A stretch of 64,000 nt of DNA, taken from positions 15,380 to 79,379 of the forward strand of contig CAWDOR010000029.1 in the NCBI GenBank assembly GCA_963804045.1. Direction: 5' to 3'. How positions within the stretch are numbered: the first letter of the stretch is position 1; every line of letters begins with the position of its first letter. The stretch is from an uncultured Alphaproteobacteria bacterium (GTDB lineage: Bacteria > Pseudomonadota > Alphaproteobacteria > Rhizobiales > Beijerinckiaceae). A model generated the notes under the pieces. The model made no database searches. It was given only the letters and a program-made list of their open reading frames with translations, and was not told where the DNA came from. This document shows, piece after piece, positions 47,454 to 54,700 of this stretch. Made by a program: the position numbers and the translations under genes.

Positions 47454-47492
47454 GAGAAAAGGGCCGCGTCGCAATGGGAGCGGCCCCTTTTC
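47454..47492 (-). terminator. Intrinsic terminator-like hairpin after the DUF1236 gene
   Basis: gggccgc / gcggccc stem with a 12-nt loop. A-run on the plus 5' side and T-run on the plus 3' side, so a U-tract follows the stem in either direction. Confidence 0.55.
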
Positions 47493-47510
47493 TGGCTCGG
47501 GGGCCGGCCC

Positions 47511-47921
47511 TTACTCGATCACATCGACGATGCGATGGTCCCTCGGATCGACCAGAACGGTCCGATCATTGACGATCGCGTAGCGATAGTCGCGGACGCC
47601 ATATTCGGGCGGCACATCGTAATAGGTCACGCCGCCGTCGGGCAGGATCGCGCCGACGGCGACAGCATGATCATAGGCATAGGAATCGTGGTGTTCGTGA
47701 ATGGCATATTCCCGGAAGCGGGGGCGCTGATCGACACCGAGCAGACCGGCCACGCCGCCGCCAACGGCGCCGACAACGCCGCCGACGACGGCGCCTACCG
47801 GCCCTGCCGCGTGTTCGCCTTCATGCGCGCCTTCGTCAGCGCCGCGCACCACGCCCTGGGCGCAGGCGACAATTGGGAAGGCAAGGAACAAGGCGGCGGC
47901 GGCAAGGATCTTGATGTTCAT
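47511..47921 (-). CDS. DUF1236-like secreted protein
   Basis: ATG at 47921. Signal peptide MNIKILAAAALFLAFPIVACA, Gly-zipper region, C-terminal YRYAIVNDRTVLVDPRDHRIVDVIE. Confidence 0.7.
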   Translation of the reverse strand: MNIKILAAAALFLAFPIVACAQGVVRGADEGAHEGEHAAGPVGAVVGGVVGAVGGGVAGLLGVDQRPRFREYAIHEHHDSYAYDHAVAVGAILPDGGVTYYDVPPEYGVRDYRYAIVNDRTVLVDPRDHRIVDVIE

Positions 47922-48004
47922 ATTGTGCTCCAAAATGCTGTAATATCCACGCGCGCCGACCCGGAATTGGGCGGCTGGCGCGTTGAATGGGTCGGGGAGG
48001 GCAG

Positions 48005-48229
48005 TCATTGCGCTCCATCGTGAGCCGGCGCGCGGCGCGCGGCCATTGTGACGTCGATTGATCGCAGCGAGCCATTGTGCAGGCGGGCTCGGTCTCCGAC
48101 CCACTCGGCGATGTCGCCGAGCGTGGCGCCGACGGGCAGACCCAATGCAATCGACTTGTTGGCGAAGACGACCCGCAAGCGTGGCTCGCCCGCCAGCGCC
48201 GTATGATGGTATTGGATGTGGCTCCCCAT
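48005..48229 (-). CDS. Small hypothetical protein (74 aa)
   Basis: ATG with GAGGA SD 9 nt upstream. It is the first gene downstream of motif copy 16. Confidence 0.5.
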   Translation of the reverse strand: MGSHIQYHHTALAGEPRLRVVFANKSIALGLPVGATLGDIAEWVGDRARLHNGSLRSIDVTMAARRAPAHDGAQ

Positions 48230-48311
48230 GGTGTCGTTCCTCGATGGATCTTTCGGCCCGGACGCTTGTGTCTCGCCAATGGATCGAACGGTAGCCTTCG
48301 CTGCGAGCCGC

Positions 48312-48333
48312 CGTCAGCATCGGAAACTACTCA
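48312..48333 (-). promoter_or_regulatory. Conserved 22-nt motif copy 16
   Basis: Minus strand reads TGAGTAGTTTCCGATGCTGACG. It lies 82 nt upstream of the ATG at 48229. Confidence 0.65.
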
Positions 48334-48380
48334 ACGAGAGAAATTCTGCGCGGCGGCCGCGCGGCCGTCCTGAGCCGGAA

Positions 48381-48402
48381 TGAGTATTTTCCGAACCTCC
48401 CG
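48381..48402 (+). promoter_or_regulatory. Conserved 22-nt motif copy 17
   Basis: Plus strand reads TGAGTATTTTCCGAACCTCCCG. It lies 202 nt upstream of the ATG at 48605 and forms a divergent pair with copy 16. Confidence 0.6.
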
Positions 48403-48604
48403 CCACGGCTCCGCCAACGCTAACAAGGATGAACGTCAGCCGGCCCGCAAAGCGGTTGATCCAGCCACTGCCGATTTCAATTCCTGGCGATGTGCGATTT
48501 CAGCGGATCGAGCGTCTCGGCGCTCATCCTCGCCGCTGGCGTTTGCGCGTTCCCGGCCGAGGCGTCAACGCGGTGGCGAAACGCATTTCAAAGGAGTGGC
48601 AAGA

Positions 48605-48856
48605 ATGAAAACAACTTATCGCAAACTGTTCATGACCTGCGTTGCAGCGCTGAGCCTTGCAGCCTGTTCGACGACGGGCGAACGCATCGGCGGCGCTGGA
48701 ACCGGCATCGTGGTCGGAGGCGCCGTGGCGGGACCGGTCGGGGCGGTCGTCGGCGGCGTCGCCGGCGCAATCGAGGGGCCCCGCGTGTCGAGCGAAATGG
48801 GCATTCCGCATCGCGGCCATTATCGCCATCATCGCCGCCATCACCGTTACGGCTGA
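48605..48856 (+). CDS. Glycine-zipper lipoprotein with basic His/Arg tail
   Basis: AAGGAG SD. Lipobox LSLAAC. GAGTGIVVGGAVAGPVGAVVGGVAGAIEG followed by HRGHYRHHRRHHRYG. Confidence 0.65.
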   Translation: MKTTYRKLFMTCVAALSLAACSTTGERIGGAGTGIVVGGAVAGPVGAVVGGVAGAIEGPRVSSEMGIPHRGHYRHHRRHHRYG

Positions 48857-48920
48857 GGATCAAGCGCAGGTTGTCGCCGCGAAACGTCTGGCAATCGCGT
48901 GAAGTCCTGAGCTCGTAAGT

Positions 48921-48958
48921 TTCGCGCCGGCCGCATGGAAAACGTGGGCCGGCGCGAA
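48921..48958. terminator. GC-rich hairpin between convergent genes (no clear U-tract)
   Basis: Stem ttcgcgccggcc, 14-nt loop, stem ggccggcgcgaa (12-bp perfect stem). Confidence 0.35.
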
Positions 48959-48973
48959 GACGCTTGTCAGGTC

Positions 48974-49339
48974 TCACGCGGCCGCGGCGGCGTCAAATGC
49001 GTGCTGGATGGCGCACGTGAGCTCACGCTCGAAATAGGGCTTCTGGATCACCGTGGCGCAAGGCCTGAGCGTGCGAATCCGCAAGGCGTCGCCGCTGACG
49101 AAGACATGCGCGATGGGCGCGCCGCCCTCGATCTGATCGACCGCGCCCAGGCCGCTGCCTTCGCGCAACTGGGCGTCGACAATCATCATGTCGGGCTTGA
49201 AACGCAGCGCAGCGGCGACCGCTGCGGCTTCGCTGGCGACGATGGCGCAGACGCTATGGCCCTGCATGACCAGCATCTCGGCCAGCGCCATGGCGACCAT
49301 CGCGTCGTCTTCCACCACCAGGATGCGGAGCGCCTTCAT
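48974..49339 (-). CDS. Single-domain response regulator (receiver only)
   Basis: MKALRILVVEDD..., MIVDAQL, VFVSGD, IQKPY. ATGA overlap with the upstream 59-aa ORF. Confidence 0.85.
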   Translation of the reverse strand: MKALRILVVEDDAMVAMALAEMLVMQGHSVCAIVASEAAAVAAALRFKPDMMIVDAQLREGSGLGAVDQIEGGAPIAHVFVSGDALRIRTLRPCATVIQKPYFERELTCAIQHAFDAAAAA

Positions 49340-49515
49340 CTTTTGACTTCGCCTCCCGCTCCGCCTTCATTCACCCAGGCGGCGATTTCTTCGGTCGTCT
49401 CCGGCGCGGCGAAGTGTTCACGGCTCTCCGCTAGTTCCAGCACGCGCGGTTCGCGCGCGCTGGAAGCTGGGGCGGTGGCGCCAACCTTCAGGTCAACGGT
49501 CGGGAGCTTGGTCAT
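49336..49515 (-). CDS. Small hypothetical protein (59 aa) between dps and the response regulator
   Basis: MTKLPTVDLKVGATAPASSAREPRVLELAESREHFAAPETTEEIAAWVNEGGAGGEVKR. The start overlaps the dps stop (ATGA) and the stop overlaps the RR start (ATGA). Confidence 0.5.
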   Translation of the reverse strand: MTKLPTVDLKVGATAPASSAREPRVLELAESREHFAAPETTEEIAAWVNEGGAGGEVKR

Positions 49516-49991
49516 TGCGGAGTCGCATGGGATTCCACCAGCCAGAGTTGCTGATCGACGCCGCGCGAGATTTCGGTGAACAGGTCGGCGGTCTCGGCGT
49601 CGCCATAGCTCGTGGCTTGAGTGATCGCTTCGCGCGTCGATTCGCCGAACGCGGCCAAGGCGCCGGAGACGGCGAAGATATGCACTTCCTCCTTGGCGAC
49701 GCCAAACGGATAGCGCAGCAGGAATGTGCGCTCCGCAGCGTTCTGCACTGTGCCCTCCGCCGTCCCGCCGAGGCCGCCGGCCCGCTCGGCGAGAAGGTCG
49801 GCGTAGCCTGAAGCCTCGCCGGCGACCTTGTCGAACAAGGTGTGGATGGCGATGAAGCCCGGGCCGCGCACGTTCCAATGCGCCTGTTTCATCTGCGCCT
49901 GAAGATCGATCGCCGCCGCGAGGTGCCTGTTCAGGAGCCCCACGGATTGAGCGCGGATATTCTCGGATAAGGTGTTGCGGGTAGCGTACAT
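49512..49991 (-). CDS. dps: DNA starvation/stationary-phase protection protein
   Basis: ATG at 49991 with GGAGA SD. MYATRNTLSENIRAQSVGLLNRHLAAAIDLQAQMKQAHWNVRGPGFIAIH..., ferritin-like Dps signature. Confidence 0.9.
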   Translation of the reverse strand: MYATRNTLSENIRAQSVGLLNRHLAAAIDLQAQMKQAHWNVRGPGFIAIHTLFDKVAGEASGYADLLAERAGGLGGTAEGTVQNAAERTFLLRYPFGVAKEEVHIFAVSGALAAFGESTREAITQATSYGDAETADLFTEISRGVDQQLWLVESHATPQ

Positions 49992-50051
49992 GGGCAAGTC
50001 TCCAAATTGTTTCGTGATGACGCTCAATCGTAGATGTGATGCCGCCGCCCG

Positions 50052-50073
50052 CGACAGCGTCGGAAATTACTCA
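50052..50073 (-). promoter_or_regulatory. Conserved 22-nt motif copy 18 (upstream of dps operon)
   Basis: Minus strand reads TGAGTAATTTCCGACGCTGTCG. It lies 60 nt upstream of the ATG at 49991. Confidence 0.7.
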
Positions 50074-50136
50074 AACGCAAAGAGTTTCCGGACCGGCCGC
50101 TCAGGCGGCGTTCGCCGCGCCGCCGCCCCTCGGGCG

Positions 50137-50158
50137 TGAGTAGTTTCCGACGCTGTCG
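50137..50158 (+). promoter_or_regulatory. Conserved 22-nt motif copy 19 (upstream of SPFH gene)
   Basis: Plus strand reads TGAGTAGTTTCCGACGCTGTCG. It lies 103 nt upstream of the ATG at 50262. With copy 18 it forms a 24-nt inverted repeat with 1 mismatch. Confidence 0.7.
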
Positions 50159-50261
50159 CGCAGGGTTGAACGGAGTCACGGTCAGAGTCCGAATTTCGTC
50201 CGGCCTCGATCGAGCGCATTGGCTCGATCTGCGCGAAAAGACATTGGACCATGGAGCGACA

Positions 50262-51191
50262 ATGAACCCGATCACCCTTTTTGCGAGCATGGCCCTGCTT
50301 GCCGCCGGCGCGGCGGCGACCATGCTGGGAGCGCCTTACTTCGGCGCCGTCTTCTTCGTCGCCGCGCTCATCGTCGCCTCCGCTTTGAAGATGGCCAACA
50401 ACTGGGAAAAATTCGTCATCCTGCGCGCGGGCAAATTGCTCGGCGTCAAGGGGCCCGGGCTGTTCCTGATCATTCCCGTGATCGACAATGTCGTGGCGAT
50501 CATCGACGAGCGCATTCAGACCACGGCCTTCTCCGCCGAAGAGGCGCTCACAAAGGATACCGTCCCGGTCAATGTCGACGCGATCATCTTCTGGTTCGTG
50601 CATGACGCGCAAAAGGCGGCGCTGAACATCACCAATTACCGCGAGGCGATCGATCGGGTTTCCCAGACCTCGCTGCGCGAGATGATCGGCTCGTCGATGC
50701 TGTCGGCGCTGCTGTCCGAACGCGACGCGGCCGACACATTGCTGCGCGATGAAATTGGCAGCAAGACCGCCGACTGGGGCATCTCCGTCAAGTCGGTCGA
50801 AATTCGCGACGTCGCGATCCCCGAGGCCTTGCAGGACGCCATGTCACGTCAGGCGCAAGCCGAACGCGAGAAGCAGGCGCGCGTGATCCTCGGTTCGGCG
50901 GAGGCGGCGATTGCCGGCAAGTTTGTCGAAGCCGCATCCATTTACGACGGTCATCCCGGGGCGCTGCAATTGCGGGCCATGAACATTATCTACGAGACCA
51001 CCAAGGAGCGCGGCGCCACCATCCTAATTCCCTCATCCATGGTCGACAGCCTCAATCCGGTGGTCGCGCTCGCGCTGGCGGGCGGGGACGTCGTCGGCAA
51101 GGATCTCGCGGGCAAGGATTTGCCTGGCCAGGCGGCTGCGCCGAAAAAACTCAATGGCCCGCTCCCGCAGATCGCCGGCCCGCAGCTGTAA
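50262..51191 (+). CDS. SPFH/band-7 (stomatin-like) membrane protein
   Basis: ATG at 50262 with GGAG SD. TM helices, then WEKFVILRAGKLLGVKGPGLFLIIPVID...DTVPVNVDA...AEREKQARVI. Confidence 0.85.
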   Translation: MNPITLFASMALLAAGAAATMLGAPYFGAVFFVAALIVASALKMANNWEKFVILRAGKLLGVKGPGLFLIIPVIDNVVAIIDERIQTTAFSAEEALTKDTVPVNVDAIIFWFVHDAQKAALNITNYREAIDRVSQTSLREMIGSSMLSALLSERDAADTLLRDEIGSKTADWGISVKSVEIRDVAIPEALQDAMSRQAQAEREKQARVILGSAEAAIAGKFVEAASIYDGHPGALQLRAMNIIYETTKERGATILIPSSMVDSLNPVVALALAGGDVVGKDLAGKDLPGQAAAPKKLNGPLPQIAGPQL

Positions 51192-51206
51192 GATGCGGCG
51201 TCGCCG

Positions 51207-51572
51207 TCAGGCCTCCGCCGTCGCCTTCAGCGCGGACTGGATGGCCAGGACCAGGTCGAGTTCGAAATAGGGCTTTTGCAGCACGGTCGCGACGGGCTTC
51301 AGCGTCCTGACTGCGGAGGCGTCGCCGGTGACGTAAATATGCGGAACGTGAGCTGAGCGCGTGATGGTTTCTACCGCGCTAACCCCGCTGCCGTCTCGCA
51401 ATTGGGCGTCGACGATCATCAGGTCCGGCTTGGATCGTCCGGCGGCGGCGACCGCGCCGCTCTCGCTGGACTCGATGGCGCAGACCTCATGGCCGAAAGC
51501 TTCGATGAGTTCGGCGAGCAGGCCGGCGATCGATTGGTCGTCTTCCACGATCATCACGCGAAGCTTCTTCAT
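51207..51572 (-). CDS. Single-domain response regulator (receiver only)
   Basis: MKKLRVMIVEDD..., MIVDAQL, IYVTGD, LQKPY. Paralog of 48974..49339. Confidence 0.85.
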   Translation of the reverse strand: MKKLRVMIVEDDQSIAGLLAELIEAFGHEVCAIESSESGAVAAAGRSKPDLMIVDAQLRDGSGVSAVETITRSAHVPHIYVTGDASAVRTLKPVATVLQKPYFELDLVLAIQSALKATAEA

Positions 51573-51670
51573 GGCGTCACTCAGGTTTTCGGCTCCGCCG
51601 GCGTGCGTTGATTTGCCGCAGCCGGCGGAGAATTGGTTCGAAACCCAGCATAGATGACGCGGGCGGAACG

Positions 51671-51692
51671 GCGGAGGGTCGGAAACTACTCA
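51671..51692 (-). promoter_or_regulatory. Conserved 22-nt motif copy 20 (upstream of response regulator)
   Basis: Minus strand reads TGAGTAGTTTCCGACCCTCCGC. It lies 98 nt upstream of the ATG at 51572. Confidence 0.65.
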
Positions 51693-51787
51693 CGCCCGCA
51701 CCGGACGAAAATGCGCCGCTGCTGGAAATAAAGTGCTAATCTCGCCGCGTCCTGGCAGCGCGGGCGAATTTCGAAGAAAGATTTCGC

Positions 51788-54700
51788 ATGCGAGAAGTCA
51801 ATTCGCGTCCGGCCAAATCGTCTAAGACAAAACCGGATGGACGGGCGCCAACGGCGATGGCCGCTGGAGAGAAAACACCTGGATTCCCGGTCGTGGCGAT
51901 CGGAGCCTCGGCCGGCGGGCTCGACGCCTGCCGGATGCTGGTGGACGCGTTGCCGCTCGACGGCGGCCTCGCCTTCATCCTGGTCCAGCACCTCGATCCG
52001 ACGCACGAGAGCATGCTGGTCGAGCTGCTGGCCGGGCACACGCCGATGAAGGTATGCCAGGCGACGGACGGCATGCCGGTCGAGCCGGAGCATCTCTATG
52101 TCATTCCGCCCGGGTCTTATCTGTCGGTCAAGGCCGGCGCCTTGCGGCTGTCGCAGCCGCAGGAACGTCACGGCGCGCGCCTGCCCTTCGATTTCCTGCT
52201 GCATTCCCTTGCGGAGGAATATTCCGCCCGCGCAATCTGCGTCATCCTCTCAGGCACCGGCGCCGACGGCAGTTCCGGGCTGAAGGCGGTGAAGGAAAAA
52301 GGTGGCCTGGTCATCGTGCAGGATCCGGAAGAGGCCGGATATGACGGGATGCCGCGCAATGCGATCCTGACCGGCGCGGTGGACCTGGTGCTGCCCGCCG
52401 CGAAGATTCCCGAAGCGATCGTCAATTATGCGGCGCGCACGCGCTCGCAGAAAAATGCGCCGCCGCAAGACTCCGCGCAAGGCTGGCTGGCGCAGATCAT
52501 CGAGCTGTTGCGCACCAAGACGGCCCATGATTTCAGGATGTACAAGCCGGGCACGCTGCAACGCCGGATCGAGCGCCGGATGGCGCTCAAGGCCGACGAC
52601 ATGGACCTTTACCTGCAAAAGCTGCGCGCCGATCCCGCGGAGCTCGATCTCCTCGCCAAGGACCTGCTGATCAATGTCACCAGTTTCTTCCGCGACCCGA
52701 AAGTGTTCGAGTATCTGGCGGAACACGTCATTCCCGGCCTGGTCGGCAATCAGTCGGCGGACCAGCCGCTGCGCATCTGGATCGCCGGCTGCAGCACGGG
52801 CGAGGAAACCTATAGCCTCGCCATGCTTTTCCGCGAGGCGATCGCCGCCGCCGGAGGCCATGTCAAGCTGCAGGTCTTCGCTTCGGACATCGACTCCGAC
52901 GCCGTGGCTCAGGCCCGGGAAGGCCTTTATCCCCCCACGATCGAGGCCGACGTCTCGGCTGGGCGGCTGACCCGCTTTTTCGTCAAGGAAGATCGCGGCT
53001 ACAGGATCGCTCCTGATTTGCGTGGGGACGTGGTCTTCACCGTGCAGGACGTGCTGGCCGACCCGCCGTTCTCGCGTCTTGATTTCGTGTCCTGCCGCAA
53101 TCTGCTGATCTACCTTGGCCCCGAGGCGCAGGCGCGGGTCATGGCCCTGTTCCATTTCGCCTTGCGCGAGGGCGGCATCCTGCTGCTTGGCGGCGCCGAG
53201 ACGGTCGGCGAGCCCCAAGGCCGGTTCACGGCGATTTCCAAGAACGAGCGGATCTTTCGCCATACGGCGCGCGGACGGCCGGGCGATTTCAGTTTCCTGG
53301 CCGGCGATGGCGCGCGCGTTCCCGCGCGCCAGGGCCAGGGTCCCTCGCCGTCGCGGCAGACCGTGCTTGCCGAGCTTTGCCGGCGGCTGGTGCTTGAAAA
53401 TTACGCGCCGGCGGCGGCGCTGATCAACCGCAACAACGAATGCCTGTTTTCGCTGGGGCCGACCGATCGCTACCTGTCGGTGCCGCCGGGCCAGCCGACC
53501 CACGATCTGCTGGCGATGGCGCGCAAGGGCGTGGGGTCGAAGCTCAGGTCGATCATCCAGCGGGTTTTTCACGAAAACGCGGCCGTCTCCGTCGGCGGCT
53601 GTCGCGTCGATCGCGACGGCGGCGCGCTGGGCTTCGGCATTTCGGCGCGGCCGGTCGTCAACGACGGCGAGGAGCTGGCGCTGATCTGTTTCCTTGAGGA
53701 AGCCAGGAAAGAGAGCCGGCAAGGCCGGGCCGGTTCGCCCGGCGACGTTTCCCATGTCGCGGAGCTTGAAAAGGAACTCGAAGCCACCCGCGCGGAACTG
53801 CAGGGCGCCATTCGCAATCTGGAAATCTCCAGCGAGGAGCAGAAGGCGATCAACGAGGAAGCCCTGTCGGTCAATGAGGAGTTCCAGTCGACCAACGAGG
53901 AGCTGCTCACCTCGAAGGAGGAGCTGCAATCGCTCAACGAGGAGCTGACGGCGCTCAACAACCAGCTGCAGGAGACGCTGGACCGCCAGCGCATCACCTC
54001 CGACGACTTGCAGAACGTGCTCTACAGCACCGATGTCGCGACCATCTTTCTCGACGTCAACCTCAAGATCCGGTTCTTCACGCCCGCGACCAGGCTGCTG
54101 TTCAATGTGATTCCGGGCGATATCGGGCGGCCGCTGGCCGACCTCTCCTCGCTCGCGGCGGACAGCGCGCTGCTGCCGGACGCCCGGGCCGTGCTGACGA
54201 AACATTTGCCGATCGAACGGGAAATCGAGGCGCGCAGCGGCGCCTGGTACATGCGGCGCATCCTGCCTTATCGGACGCAGCAGGACGGCGTGGAAGGCGT
54301 GGTCATCACCTTCGCCGACATCACCGACCGCAAAGGCGCCAATGACGCCCTGGAGGCGGCGAAGCGGCGAGCGGAAACCGCCGACGTGGCGAAGTCGCGC
54401 TTCCTCGCCGCCGCCAGCCACGACCTGCGCCAGCCGCTGCAAACGCTGGCCCTCCTTCAGGGCCTGCTCACCCGGGCGGTGGCAAGCGAGCGCGAGCAGA
54501 AGCTGGTGGCGCGGATCGGCGAGACCCTCGGCGCGATGACCGGCATGCTCAACGCGCTGCTGGACATCAACCAGATCGAAGCCGGCGCGGTTCATGCCGA
54601 ACTGGCGCGCTTTCCGGTCAATGACCTGCTGGTGAAACTCTACGACGAATTCACCTATCAGGCGCATGCGAAAAACCTCGCCCTGCGCATGGTTCCCTGC

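Noticed and set aside
2720-51692. The idea that the 22-nt motif encodes a conserved leader peptide (M-S-x-F-R-x-C).
   Set aside because: The wobble positions of AGT, TTC and CGA are invariant, while whole codons 3 and 6 vary at first and second positions. Four copies have CTG and one has no NTG. The downstream reading frames are unrelated in length and sequence. The conservation is therefore at the DNA/RNA level.
2720-51692. The motif as a known promoter type (EcfG GGAAC-N16-17-CGTT, sigma54 TGGCAC-N5-TTGC, sigma70 extended -10) or as a palindromic operator.
   Set aside because: There is no GGAAC/CGTT pair at the right spacing on the gene strand, no GG/GC dinucleotides at -24/-12 spacing and no dyad symmetry. 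The TAGWTT core is only loosely -10-like (TA...T), with TG two nt upstream rather than one. That possibility stays open but unproven.
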